This document shows, one piece after another, positions 1-12,585 of a stretch of DNA of 64,000 bases (positions are counted from its first letter, which is position 1; each line of letters opens with the position of its first letter). The notes under the pieces were generated by a model. That model worked only from the letters and a program-made list of their open reading frames with translations. It searched no databases and had not been told where the DNA came from. Both the position numbers and the translations under genes were made by a program. Source of the stretch: Octopus vulgaris (taxonomy: Eukaryota); contig OX597815.1 in assembly GCA_951406725.2 (NCBI GenBank), forward strand, positions 620,001 to 684,000, given 5' to 3'.

Positions 1-488
1 TGTATCAGATTTTATTTATAAATCATACATCCCAGCCATGACCATCCCATCTGTTTGTATACATAAGCTGGTGTATTGTTGCTTGCTTAAGAAGTTCACT
101 TCACAACCCCGTGGTTAGTGGCTCTTTCCCAGTCTACGCTTGTCACATGTCCTTGTCTTGGGGTAACAAAAACCATGGGAGTTGGGGGGGGGATGCAGAG
201 GAGGAGGAAAGGAAAAAAATTCTTGTTGTAGAATGTCCCCCCCCCCCGTTTAACACCACACATTCTCTTCTGAGACAAAACTGGGCAGCATTCTACCAAC
301 AGGGACCTACCACCCGATCAAGCACCAGGCACAGGATCCTACTCACACAAGACAGTAAAATGTGGTTTAATAACAATGTGGCTGCTATTTCTTGTAGGTT
401 GAGGGTCTACTGATGGCTTCTGATTGCAACAGAAACATCATTAGTACCAGCCAAGACATTCTCTCTTTCTTTCTCTCATACATACGTC

Positions 489-731
489 AAAGAAAAGGAT
501 ATCAATGGACAACTGCTTTGGAACCTCCAGTTTCTATATCCAGACTACGAATTCATATTCATACCAATAATAATTGGAGCACTAGGTTTTGTTAGTAAAT
601 GCTTAAAGGAGAATCTGGATAAACTGGGATTTTCAGAAAGAGAAACTGACCAGCCGTTTCGTACATTACAAGTGCAATCTGCGAGTGGAACAATAAAAAT
701 ATGCAAGACTTTTCTCAAGTTGCAAATGTGA
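489..731 (+). mobile_element. 3' fragment of an R4/Dong-like (restriction-like endonuclease) non-LTR retrotransposon
   Basis: Open frame 489-731, absent from the ORF track, reads KEKDINGQLLWNLQFLYPDYEFIFIPIIIGALGFVSKCLKENLDKLGF...LQVQSASGTIKICKTFLKLQM*. This matches the RLE C-terminal pattern PIxIGALG...L..LG...LQ....GT..I...FL. It is followed by a short UTR and (CATA)n. Confidence 0.75.
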
Positions 732-755
732 ATTTGTCTGGGTTAACTACATCTC

Positions 756-913
756 ATACATACATACATACATCCCATACATGCATAGTTACATACATTC
801 ATACATACATACATACATACATACACACATACATACATACATACATACATCCCATACATGCATAGTTACATACATGCATACATACATACATACATACATA
901 CATACATGCATAG

Positions 914-944
<31 letters not shown>

Positions 945-1017
945 CATACATACATACATACATACATACATACATACATACATACATACATCCCATACAT
1001 GCATAGTTACATACATA
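756..1017. repeat. (CATA)n microsatellite with periodic CATCCCATACATGCATAGTTA interruptions
   Basis: Directly visible. Confidence 0.95.
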
Positions 1018-1324
1018 ACAGCAAAAATCATTTAAAAATAGAAAAGAACAAAAAAGAAGAGGAGAAAAAATATGGAATCATTTTGGCTTGAATTATCAAC
1101 TTTAAGAATCCTAATGAAACAATTTGACAAAATAAAAATTTGCCCTGTAACATTCGGGCAAGCATAACATTTCTTATTTAACCTTTGACACACTTCTAGA
1201 TACATACAATAAAAATGACCAAAATTAAAATTTCCCATTGAAATGCCATTTTAATTTATGTCCCAATTACCAGTTTAGTAATGACCAGGATATTTCAGTA
1301 AATTCTTTATTAGTTTCAAAATTA

Positions 1325-1486
1325 GCACAGGAGTGGCTGTGTGGTAAGTAGCTTGCTAACCAACCACATGGTTCCGGGTTCAGTCCCACTGCGTGGCATC
1401 TTGGGCAAGTGTCTTCTGCTTTAGCCCCAGGCCAACCAATTGCCTTGTGAGTGGATTTGGTAGACGGAAACTGAAAGAAGCCTGTC

Positions 1487-1518
<32 letters not shown>

Positions 1519-1740
1519 ATGTGTGTGTGTTTGTGTGTCTATGTCTGTCCCCCTAGCATTGCTTGACAACCGATGCTGGTGTGTTTACGTCCCCGTAACT
1601 TAGCGGTTCGGCAAAAGAGACTGATAGAATAAGTACTGGGCTTACAAAGAATAAGTCCTGGGGTCGATTTGCTCGACTAAAGGTGGTGCTCCAGCATGGC
1701 CACAGTCAAATGACTGAAACAAGTAAAAGAGTAAAAGAGT
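1325..1740 (+). mobile_element. tRNA-derived SINE, family A (octopus OK/OR-like)
   Basis: A-box TGGCTGTGTGGT and B-box GGTTCAGTCCC, CORE-like CTTGGGCAAGTG, internal (TA)/(TG) run and GAGTAAAA tail. Near-identical to copies at 10199, 14041, 28477 and 46556. Confidence 0.9.
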
Positions 1741-2050
1741 GTTGTTCAAGAGAAATATGGTAAGAAAAGGCTGAAGACGGAGATGGAATAAAATCATTAA
1801 AAATGGGGAAGAAATTGAAAGTGGTTGAGTTGTGACTGGTTCCACAGGTTGTTGCTTAGCAAAAGGTGTTCAATTAATTGAAAGAGTTAAAAGCAGAGGA
1901 AGGTGAGAAAGTCTGAGGAGTGGCTGGAAATTAAAAAAAAAACACTTGGATCTCCATGTCCGTGAGTGTTGACACCAAAGCTGCATTGCAACTTCCAACT
2001 CAGTTGAAGGCTTTTATAGAAATCTGTAAATATTCACAAATCTAGTTTAA

Positions 2051-2281
2051 CCCTTTCATTACTGTATTTCTGTTGAGATGCTCTGTGTTTCTTTCAATTA
2101 CTTTAAATATAACAAAGAATTTATTAAAATAACTTCGTTATCATTCAGCTCAGTGTTAGGAACATAAATTGTGACTAAGGTTTGGTGGAAGATTTTAATT
2201 CAAAACTTATGAAAACAAGACATTTGTACTCAGAACCAAAGCTGGTCTCAGCCGGTTTCAGCCGGGTTGGTAACGAAAGGG
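2051..2281. mobile_element. piggyBac-type MITE
   Basis: TTAA at 2047-2050 and 2282-2285. TIRs CCCTTTCATTAC / GTAACGAAAGGG match at 11 of 12 positions. Confidence 0.85.
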
Positions 2282-2392
2282 TTAAACATATGAGATTACT
2301 GGCTAAAAGGAGAAGAAAGAGATGAACCAGGATATAAGACAATAAAATATCATCTTACTTTGAGCAACAGCCACTGGAGACTTAAAGCTTAA

Positions 2393-2601
2393 CTCTTGAG
2401 AACAAACTGGTCAAATATATTGTTTTATTTATTCACATTACTTTCAATTAATCATGCGTTATCCGGTAGCTTTGAGATGTCATTGATGTGGTTGTTTGTT
2501 TTTAGAATGACATTGTAGGGTAAGTGTGAGAAGTCAGATCTGACTGGTTGAACAGGTACAAAATATTTGGGCTGGATTTGGCCATTTTATATGCCAGAGC
2601 G
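2393..2601. mobile_element. degenerate piggyBac-type MITE
   Basis: Bounded by TTAA at 2389 and 2602; TIRs are eroded. Confidence 0.4.
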
Positions 2602-2804
2602 TTAAACCATTCCTTGATTTTCCTTTTATCATATTCTGTGACACTCTGTCAATAATGAAAGATGTCTTCAAATCTCATCTGCTTGTTCTATGGAAGTCAA
2701 AGCCTCAGCTCTATTCCCCGAACAGTTCTTTTATGTGTCACCAGCACAGATACCTTGTGCATTTGCAGGCTTCTTTGTAAACCATTGGCACGACTCAGAT
2801 GTGA

Positions 2805-3046
2805 CACACACACACACACACACACACAAGACAGGCTTCTTTCAGTTTCTTTCTACCAAATCTACTCACAAAGCATTGGTTGGCCCAAGGCTGTCCAAGG
2901 TGCCATGCAGTGGGACTGAACCCGGAACCATGTGCTTGGGTAGCAAGCTTATTACCACACAGCCACACAGCCATGCCTACACATAGAATACGTTTATTCT
3001 TTTATTTTCTAATTCTTTGACTTGTTTCAGTCATTTGACTCATCGC

Positions 3047-3108
<62 letters not shown>

Positions 3109-3329
3109 TGAAATCATTGTATACAGTGCCCAGGTGCACCACAACTTGTCAAAAGTGCATATAAAGCATGACGAGTTTCTTTCAGTTTCCATCAACCAAA
3201 TCCATTCACAAGGCTTTGGTCGGCCTGAGGCTATAGTAGAAGACACTTGCCCAAGGTGCCATGCAGTAGGACCGAACCCAGAACCATGTGGTTGGTAAGC
3301 AAGCTTCTTAGCACACAGCCACTTCTGTG

Positions 3330-3330
<1 letters not shown>
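2805..3330 (-). mobile_element. two partial SINE family A copies, the second interrupted by a CR1-like 3' tail and (AAT)n (about 3052-3170)
   Basis: Reverse complement of the family A head at 2830-2975 and 3175-3330. 3105-3165 matches the 3' UTR of the LINE at 24278-26910. Confidence 0.75.
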
Positions 3331-3382
<52 letters not shown>

Positions 3383-3550
3383 TTTTGTATTTGGCTTGCA
3401 AGATGCAAGATTCTTTATGTGAATTCGTGTGTTGAAGTATATTTTATTGTATCTGGAGAGAGTCATTCTGTTTTAATGCCTAATTAATTAACAAACTCAC
3501 CAGTTCAATTTCCACTCGTTTAGTTATTTATTTTTTCAATAAATTAGTAA

Positions 3551-3582
<32 letters not shown>

Positions 3583-3869
3583 TGTGTATACATACATACA
3601 TATATGTTTCTTTGTAAGGAATGTAAGGATGTATATGCATGCATGTATGTCTTTGTATTGATATTTATATTGTCCCCACCTACCACTTGACAACCGGTGA
3701 TGGTTTGTTTACATCCTCATGATTTAGTAGTTTGACGAAAATAGCTTGTAGAACAGGTATTCTTTTACCGGTTTCAGCTAGAATCTGGTGCCATACTGGA
3801 GCACCGTCTTTCAGTGTTTTGGGGTCTCTTTTCTGTACAGTTTTTGGTGAAGAAGCGAGTTAGAAGGGG

Positions 3870-4045
3870 CTGCTCTTGTTTGTGCCCCCTGTGCAAATGT
3901 GGGCTCATCTGCGATTTCAGATAGAAATTTGTCCATGTGTTTTTTGAAGGTTGTTGTCCCCTGAAACCCAAGCTGTTGAAATACTGGGACCTGTTTGAAA
4001 TGAAGAAGAGAGGATCTTTGGTATTATGCAGTGCCATCCTAGACA
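3870..4045 (-). mobile_element. 3' fragment of CR1/L2-like LINE family C
   Basis: The minus strand reads GWHCIIPKI...FNSLGFRG and matches the end of the copy at 18745-19572. Confidence 0.6.
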
Positions 4046-4633
4046 TTTTTTTAAAAATATGTACCGGAGCGATTTTTCGACGAAACCTTTCGAAGCAGAG
4101 CCCCAGCATGGCCACACCAATGAATGTTACGAAGTTAAGTTTAAAACCCAACAGAAGAGGTTCTCGCGCAAGCCATAATTTGTTGTACATGGGAAGTAAC
4201 TCCAGAAACAGTTAAGCCATACAGAGTTAATTCCCCTTCAGTTCCCGGATTTACTCTACTTTGCCCTGTTGAACGGATTGTGGCTAATGTTGAAATATTT
4301 TAGTGAATTTAGCCACTTCGCTCTACTTTCTTCTCGTCTTTCCTACCTGGGGAGATTCGCAACCCTTCTTTAGTCATGCATTAAAGCCATCTAATCACCT
4401 CTACCTTTTCCTTGCTACTTTCCTAGTTTTATTTCCTTTGATATCATCCAACAAAATTGTTTTGTGACTTTCATTGGTTTTGTTTGTTTTGCGACTGTTG
4501 TTTTATTCTTGTAGTTTTTGTTGTATGTTGTTGCTGTTGTTGTCGTGTAGCTTTACATCATGGAGGAGTTCTGTGATCAACACCATTCCCCCCCCATGTC
4601 TAAAATTTCAACCCAAGATACTTTATAGGATTT

Positions 4634-5150
4634 TAATAATAATAATAATAATGATGAAATTACTGTATACAGTGCTCAGGTGCCCCACAACTTGTCAAAA
4701 GTGCATATAAAGCATATGCAGTAATGTAGAAATGTCTGGGAAGTGAACAGTGTATGAGTCAGATACGTGCTTGCGTGTGTATGGAGGGGAGAAAACCAGG
4801 TGTAGTGTTAGCGAATCTCAGGAAGCATGGAAGTTTTGAAGGATGCAAAGCTCTGACAACTAACAACTGATGCCGGCAGTTTGTTCCATGCTTCAGCAAC
4901 TCTTAGAGTGAAAAAATGTTTCCGAAAGTCATGGAAGGAGCTGTGCTGTTTTCTGACTTTGTAAACATGTCCACGGGTGTTAGACGGGTGGAGTTTGAAA
5001 AGGTGCTCAGAGTTATTGTTTGTAAGATGGTTAATAATTTTATGGGTGTCTGTCAAGTCAGCTGCCAGACGTTGGAGTTTCAATGTGTCCATGTCCAGAG
5101 AAGTAAGGCGTTCAGAATATGGCAAATGCCTGATGGACGGTATTCTCTTG
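4634..5150 (-). mobile_element. 5'-truncated CR1-like LINE family B
   Basis: ORF 4808-5125 (PYSERLTSL...TRGH..K...FF..RV...WNKLP) plus 3' UTR and (TTA)n tail; same family as 24278-26910. Confidence 0.9.
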
Positions 5151-5452
5151 AATAATGTTTCTGAAAGTCATGGGAGCTGTGCTGTCTAACCACCCAATCC
5201 TGTATTTTGAAGATCAATAAACAAGATGGAATGACTCGTTTCATACATTTTATAGAAAGTGTAAAGATTGAATTTCATTTAAGTTTGTTAAAAGGATTTT
5301 TATTAACGATATGCAAAATGGCGTTGGAGTTTATCGCAAATATTTTATGCTGAGAAAAACAGGAGAAGGAAGAACAGATTCTTCTGAAAAGATAAACACC
5401 TTTTCATTATCCAAAATTCACGAGATATAGTCTATATATATAACATCTATAT

Positions 5453-5498
<46 letters not shown>

Positions 5499-5710
5499 CT
5501 CCATATATATATATATGTATCTATGTATGTATGTATGTATGTGTATATATATATATGTAAGCACACACTATAACTACATTAGATAAACATTGTATATAGG
5601 CTAGTTATAGATACCATATAGATTACATATAGACTAGATGTAGTGTATATAAATCATCATCTGATGTCACTTTTCTATGCTGGTATATGTGTGTGTGTGT
5701 GTGTATACAT

Positions 5711-5761
<51 letters not shown>

Positions 5762-5789
5762 AAAAAGGAGATGTGGAACACGAGTTGTG

Positions 5790-6087
5790 ATATATAAAAA
5801 AAGGAAATGAAGAAAATGCTGACAAAATAATTTAAGTAAGGGAGAGTGTATTTAATTAGGTGAAAGTTCTTTTTACCGGTTGTGCATTTGTTATGCTTAT
5901 CAAAAGATAGAGTTCCTTTCTGATTGATTTTTTTCTCTTATCTGTGAGATAAGAGAAAAAAATCAATCAGAAAGGAACTCTATCTTTTGATAAGCATAAC
6001 AAATGCGCAACTGGTAAAAAGAACTTTCACCTAATTAAATACACTCTCCCTTACTTAAATCATTTTGTCAGCATTTTCTTCATTTCC

Positions 6088-6098
<11 letters not shown>
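5790..6098. repeat. long fold-back palindrome (about 150-bp arms, 3-nt loop GTG at 5944-5946)
   Basis: 5790-5943 is the reverse complement of 5947-6098 with few mismatches; it lies between two (TA)n runs. Confidence 0.95.
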
Positions 6099-6115
<17 letters not shown>

Positions 6116-6120
<5 letters not shown>

Positions 6121-6950
6121 CTCTTATGTGTCCATAGTTTACACTGGGTACATCTTATGGAGTTTCTAAAAGGTGTAGGCAGAAACTCCATAAGATGTAC
6201 CCAGTGTAAGCTATGGACACATAAGAGGTGCAGCAATATCAAAGGAAAATTAACCGAGAAGATAGCTTTTGTGTGCGGCAGATGCACAGGGGCAATAGAC
6301 ACCACAGATGCTCAGAAAACAGATTCCATCACTCTCCAGGGGGAGAAATTAGAAGTAGTTGATAACTTCCATTACCTAGGTTACCAAGTTAGTAGCGGGG
6401 GTGGATGCTCAGAGAGCGTTACCACTAGAATAAGAATAGCTTGGGCAAAGTTTAGGAAGCTTCTCCCCCTATTGGTGACAAAGGGTCTCTCGCCCAAAGT
6501 GAAAGGTAGATTGTACGACGCATGTGTGTGAACTGCCATGCTTCACGGTAGTGAAACATGAGCTGTGACTGCGGAGGACATGCGTAGACTTGAAAGAAAT
6601 GAAGCTAGCATGATCTGCTGGATGTGTAATGTCAGTGTCCATGCACAACAGAGTGTAAGCGTCCTGAAAGAAATGTTGGGCATTAGAAGCATCGGATGCA
6701 GAGTGCAGGAGAGACAATTGCGTTGGTATGGTCATGTACTAAGGATGGATGGATGAGAGATGTGTGAAGAAGTGCCACTCCCAAACTGTTGTAGGAGTCC
6801 GGGGTAGAGATAGACCCAGGAAGATATGGGACGAGGTGGTCAAGCGTGACCTTCGTATGTTGAGCCTCACAGAGGCTATGATGAAAGACCGAGACCTCTG
6901 GAGATATGCCGTGACTTCGAAGACCTGACAAATGAAGTGAGACAAATGAA
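6116..6950 (+). mobile_element. 5'-truncated RTE LINE with a 52-bp inverted duplication at its 5' end
   Basis: KGVGRNSIRCTQCKLWTHKRC...YLG...RIRIAWAKF...RWYGHV...RPRKIW. 6116-6167 is the reverse complement of 6181-6232. Confidence 0.9.
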
Positions 6951-6959
6951 GTGAATACA

Positions 6960-7510
6960 TATTAAGCAGGGCTATCTTCCTGAAGGGATCTGTGATTTGT
7001 CTGCTTTCCTACTTACCAAGAATTTGGTCTTGGCTTAGATAATTCTAAGGCCCTTTGATTCTAGTTCTTGCTTCCATAACTGAAATTTCTGCTAGAGATT
7101 CAGCAATAAGAACAAGGTCGTTGGCATAGAGGAGCTCCCAAGGGCAGCTAGTCTTAAATACCTCAGTTATAGCTTGGAGGACTATGACAAACAAGAGGGG
7201 GCTAAGAACTGATCCCTAGTGGACTCCTACTTGTACATTAAATTCCTTGCTATACTTTCATCTTACTTACAGCATCCCTGTACATGGTTTGTACAGCTCT
7301 CACTAACCACTCACCTATCCCTAGTTTCCACATTGCCCATCAAATAAGGGAGTAGGGGACCCTGTAAGAGGCTTTCCCCATGTTAACAAAAGCCAGATAC
7401 TTCTCCTATTGCCTCACCAGGAAGAATGCATCGGTGGTGCTTCTACCTGGCAAAATCCAAACTGCATCTCATATATGCTAACTCTCTTAATTAACTGAGC
7501 TATGATCCAT
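6960..7510 (-). mobile_element. RTE RT-region fragment (more diverged subfamily)
   Basis: Reverse complement aligns with the RT region at about 15000-15580 and ends at the PCLI codons. Confidence 0.75.
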
Positions 7511-7529
7511 AATATAGATACATACTTTG

Positions 7530-7716
7530 CAGGTGCTGGTGCCACGTACAATGCACTTGTGCCAGTGATATGCAAGAAGCAGCAAGCACACTCTGTGAAG
7601 TCCAGCCATGGAAATCATGCCACAACACACACACAACTGAAGTCTGGACAGCTCCCTGGCTTGCCAGCTCCTACCCATATCAGCATGGCAAATGGACATT
7701 AAATGATGATGATGAT
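7530..7716 (+). mobile_element. RTE 3' UTR fragment with (GAT)n tail
   Basis: CAGCATGG..AATGGACATTAAATGATGATG terminus shared with other RTE copies. Confidence 0.65.
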
Positions 7717-7744
7717 ACATAAATATGTGTGTGTGTGTGTAGAT

Positions 7745-8270
7745 AAAAATAGATATGGCCGGTTTATGGGGTTATCCTGGACTTCACATCCCTAAAGTGC
7801 TTAGCTTTACACTGTTTCTTCAGACCCTAAACTCGGCTTATGGCCTCTGTAGAAAATGGAGGAGAAAAAGACTTCACTACTTTTTGTCAACAACAAGGGA
7901 GTGTCTCTATCCAAAATTGACTCTGTTGGCTTGTGGGTCCTAGGACATCAGCAGGAATTTCCTGAAGTGCAAGCAGGGTCTGAGAACTTCTGTTCTGCAG
8001 TTAAGGATGTTCCTCAGATTGAGGGAGTCCTTTAATATCCTCATCTGCTTGACTATGCACAGCTTACAACACTTGGTCCCGTTTATGTAGGTGCCTCGGT
8101 TTTCTAGAATCTTCCATGATATTAAGCTTGGAGTTCCTTTGTCTTCCAGCCACCATACATGGCTGGCCACGGATGTAGGGTATCTCCCCTCTGGGATTCT
8201 GAAAGAGGGTCTGTGGTTGGAAAGGCACTGCTTGAACGTGTTTTCAGAACATCTGATGTGTGGGTTCATG
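7745..8270 (-). mobile_element. Penelope-like element remnant (GIY-YIG endonuclease C-terminus and 3' UTR)
   Basis: ORF 7940-8269: TFKQCLSNHRPSFR...SHVWWL...ISWKIL...CKLCI...LNCRTEVLRPCLHFRKFLL, the typical C-terminus of a PLE GIY-YIG domain. Confidence 0.85.
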
Positions 8271-8964
8271 TGTGGGTTTTGGTGATGCTGCTGCTGATTC
8301 CACTGTTGTTGGTGTTGGTGCCATTAATGCTGGCATAGGCGCACATCATTGGTGGTGTTGCTGTTGGTAGCGCTTTAGTCATTGTTGTTGCTGTTGGTGG
8401 AGCTGTTATCAGTACTAACGTGGTGGCTGATGTGGTCACCGTTGCAATTGTTATCATTAGCGATGGGTCTGCTGCTATTTCTGCATGAATTTGCACAACA
8501 TAATAACAGGTGGAGCTGTGAATGCTAATTCTGAGACTGCAACTAATTATCCTGAATACTTGAAGAAAATGAATGCTGAAGGTGGGGAATGGGGGGGGGG
8601 GACACTAGAACAAGTACACAATGTTGATGAAACCTTACTTTTCTGGAAACACATTCCTGCTAGAACTTGTATTTCTCAAGATCAACACCAGGATTTAAGG
8701 CTTCCAAAAATCGTCTGACACTTCTTTTGGGAGGAAATTCTGCTGGGGATATGGAATTGAAGCCCTTACTCATGTATCACTCCAAAAATCCAAGGACTTT
8801 AAAGTGTTACACAAAATATAATCTAACTGTGATTTGGTGTTCAAATAAGAAGGCATAGATGACTGACAGCTTTTCCAAAGAGTGGTTTACAAACGTTTTT
8901 AGTCCTGCTGTAGAAAGATACAGTGCTGGATATAACATTTCTAACAAAGCATTGCCTCTTTTAT

Positions 8965-9495
8965 AAATAATAATAATAATATAATAGTGAAATTATTGTG
9001 TACAGTGCTCAGGTGCACCACAACTTGTCAGAAAGTGCGTATAAAGTACATGCAGTAATGTAGAAATGTCTGGGAAGTGAACAGTGTATGAGTCAGATCC
9101 ATGTTTGCGTGTGTATGGAGGGGAGAAAATCAGGTGTAGTGTTGGTGAATCTCAGGAAGCATGGAAGTTTTGAAGGATGCAGTGCTCCGACAACTAATAA
9201 CTGGTGCTGGCAGTTTGTTCCATGCTTCAGCAACTCTCAGCATGAAAAAATGTTTCCTAAAGTCATGGGAGCTGTGCTGTTTTCTGACTCTGTAAATATG
9301 TCCACGGGTGTTGGATGGGTGGAGTTTGAAAAGGTGCTCAGAGTTATTGTTTGTAAGATAGTTGATAATTTTATGGGTGTCTGCCAAGTCAGCTGCCAGA
9401 CTTCGGAGTTTCAATGTGTCCATGCCCAGGGAAGTAAGGCGTTCAGAATATGGCAAATGCCTGATAGAGGGTATTCTCTTGGTTGCACGTCGCTG
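8965..9495 (-). mobile_element. 5'-truncated CR1-like LINE family B nested in Tigger
   Basis: ORF 9130-9456 nearly identical to 4808-5125; (TTA)n tail. Confidence 0.9.
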
Positions 9496-10198
9496 AGCTG
9501 CTCAGCAAACTTTGATGACTTTTCTGATAATGCGGAAGTAGAGTGTATCCCCAGGAATACAAGTTCTTTACTCTAACCAAAGGATCTAACCAATGGCTAG
9601 CTTTAAAGCATATTATTTGAGAACTCTCAAACGACTTATGAAAGTAACTGACAGGGAGAAAAAACCTACAGTCAGAGATTTGGGGAAGAAATTCAACAAA
9701 ACGGATGCTGTCGATAATATAACAGAGTCATAGGGTGAATTGAAACCCCCAACTTCGAATAGTGCTTGGAAAAGTAAATGACCAGATTATATCCATGACA
9801 TTACAAGTTTTGCACAAGCAGAACATCTACATCAAATTCAGAAAGATATTGTAACACTTGCAAAGGATGTAGACTTTGAAGAAGTCATAAAGGACAACGT
9901 GATTGAGATGCTGGCGTCCCAGGGAGAAAGTTTATCTCTACAAGGAGCTGATGCTTTTAGAAAAAGAACAAGCTGAGAATACAGGTGAGACAATGGAAGT
10001 TTCACCTGGAACACTTAAATTGGCTGAGAAAGTTATTGCTCGATAAATGGCAGTTATCGAGGAAGGTCGGAAGGTTTTTGTTGATAAGGATCCTAATCAT
10101 GAACCCCACATAAAAATGACAAAAGGGGTTTACAATGAGCTCAGTTCCTATACAGAGCTGTGCAAAGCAATTAAACACCACAAACAACAAACAACAAC

Positions 10199-10610
10199 GT
10201 GCAGAAGTGGCTGTGTGGTAAGTAGCTTGCTTACCAACCACATGGTCCCGAGTTCAGTCTCACTGTGTGGCACCTTGGGCAAGTGTCTTCTACTATAGCC
10301 TCAGGCTGACCAAAGCCTTGTGAGGGGATTTGGTAGACGGAAACTGAAAGAAGCCTGTCGTATATATGTATATATATATGTGTGTGTGTATGTCTGTGTT
10401 TATCCCCCCAACATCGCTTGACAACCGATGCTGGTGTGTTTATGTCCCCATAGCTTAGTGGTTCAGTAAAAGAGACCGATGGAATAAGTATTAGGCTTAC
10501 AAAGAATAAGTCCTAGGGTCGATTTTCTCGATTAAAGGCGGTGCTCCAGCATGGCCGCAGTCAACTGACTGAAACAAGTGAAAGAGTAAAGAGAGTAAGA
10601 GTAAAGAGAG
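10199..10610 (+). mobile_element. SINE family A
   Basis: Full-length match to the copy at 14041. Confidence 0.9.
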
Positions 10611-11422
10611 TATAAGTTCTTCTTTGCCTCAAACTCATTTTTGTGATGAAGAACTCTAAAACAGTAAATATTGTCTGTCTTCCTCCTCCTCCTCTTCACT
10701 CAGTTGTCAACATCTTTTGTAGTAAGAACGATCTGTTACGATATCTCGATTCTTATTAATTCCCGCGTGAAATGCTTTTGTGTTTTCAAGGCATCTAAAT
10801 TGCCCCTTTTATGCTTAGAAATTGTTATTTTCGCGTATAAAAGTGACCCTCTTGCTCTCTGTTGTTTTCTTGCGCTTATTTTTTCTTTCGAAAAAGTTGA
10901 TAGGAACGTAATATTACTTTGACAACACGAAAATCAATAGGATAATGAATCATGCATGACGAGATTTCGCGTTACGCAGGTTTTCAGCAACGTATTTATT
11001 CCGTAAAGCAAAGGATTTCTGTAGTTATAAATAGTTCAAGGGAGTTAACTCTTATTATATGCGCAGAGTTACTTCCCTTACAAATAGAACGCGTCAAAAG
11101 AGTCCCTATGTGGTCAACAAAGCTTTTAGAAATAGCAGCTAAATTTCTCTCAATTTACAACCTACCTCGTCAAAACAGGAACGACAGATCTGACGTCAGA
11201 TATATAATATGATGGGGTGGTCATGAATAGAAATTCAGAGAAAAGTAATTCGTAAAAATGCGATTGGTGTTTTGAAAATATTTGGAAGGCTATTGTTTTA
11301 ATGTTGGACGTGATTGGTTCGTTTCCTATTACTTGATGGCCGAGGGAAAAGGAATCAAGAAAGTAGACAGATGGCTGTTGTTCGAACAGGCGCAAACACC
11401 ACAGATTATAATACGAATTATA

Positions 11423-11454
<32 letters not shown>

Positions 11455-11477
11455 TAATAATAATAATACTAATAATA

Positions 11478-11832
11478 ATCATCATCATCATCATCATCAT
11501 CGTTTAACGTCCGTTCTCCATGCTAGCATGGGTTGGACGGTTCGACCGGGGATCTGGGAAGCCAGAAGGCTGCACCAGGCTCCAGTCTTATCTGGCAATG
11601 TTTCTACAGCTGGATGCCCTTCCTAATGCCAACCACTCCGTGAGTGTAGTGGGTGCTTTTTACGTGCCACCTGCACAGGTGCCAGGCGAGGCTGGCAACG
11701 GCCACGGTCGGATTGGTGCATTTTACGTGCCACCAGCACGGAAGCCAGTCGAGGTGGCACTGGCATCGGCCACGTGTCGGATAGTGCTTTTTACGTACCA
11801 CCAGTCCAGGGGTCCTGGCTGGTTCAATTCGA
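11478..11832 (-). mobile_element. RTE 3' UTR fragment
   Basis: (CAT)n then CGTTTAACGTCCG...GGATGCCCTTCCTAA; reverse complement of the 3' end of 20206-21024. Confidence 0.85.
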
Positions 11833-11834
11833 TT

Positions 11835-12087
11835 TAATAATCCTTTCTACTAAAGGCACAAGGCCTGAAATTTTTAGGGGAGGGAGTTAATTGATTACAT
11901 CGGCCCCAGTGTTCGACTGGTACTTCTTTATCAACTCTCGAAAGGATGAAAGGCAAAGTCGACCTCAGCAGAATTTGAACCCAGAACATAAAGACCGACA
12001 AAATACAGACAGGCATTTTGCCTGACGTTCTAACAATTCTGCTTGTTCACTACCTTAATAACAATAATAATAATAATAATAACAATA

Positions 12088-12127
<40 letters not shown>

Positions 12128-12129
12128 TA

Positions 12130-12169
<40 letters not shown>

Positions 12170-12203
12170 TAATAATAATAATAATAATAATAATAATTAT
12201 AAC

Positions 12204-12238
<35 letters not shown>

Positions 12239-12460
12239 TAATAATGATAATAATGGTTTCAAATCTTGGCACAAGGCCAGGAAATTTTGGGGGAGGGTAC
12301 AAGTCAATTATATCGACCCCAGCGTTCAACTGGTACTTAATTTATCAACTATCGAAAGGATGAAAGGCAAAGTTGACCTCGGCAGAATTTGAACCCAGAA
12401 CATTCAGACAGACAAAACGTCGCTTAGTATTTTGCCTGACGTGCTAATCGTTCTGCCATG
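11835..12460 (-). mobile_element. two SINE family B copies separated by an (AAT)n tract (12057-12253)
   Basis: Both carry GAAAGGATGAAAGGCAAAGTCGACCTC..GAATTTGAAC, the reverse of the B-box and central domain. Confidence 0.8.
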
Positions 12461-12585
12461 ATATGCTAATGACACACACGCAAATGTTGTGCTGTATGGA
12501 ATACTAAAGAGGACACAACTTTTTTTATTATGAAACACAGGATTTTGAGATTCCACGTGTTGGTAGAGCAACTCTTCCTCTTAAC

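Larger units (their letters stand above)
8485..11021 (+). mobile_element. Tigger/pogo-like DNA transposon (decayed DDE transposase), interrupted by a LINE (8965-9495) and a SINE (10199-10610)
   Basis: Motifs QVHNVDETLLFWK, GFKASKNRLTLLLGGNSAGD..LKPL, IPRNTSSLL*PKD and SFKAYYLR. The 3' end CGTAAAGCAAAGGATTTCTG is followed by TA at 11022. Confidence 0.85.

Noticed and set aside
781-1091. HTYI/MYVC-type ORFs here and at 17975-18398, 49406-49912, 58209-58889 and 60094-61161
   Set aside because: Translations of microsatellites.
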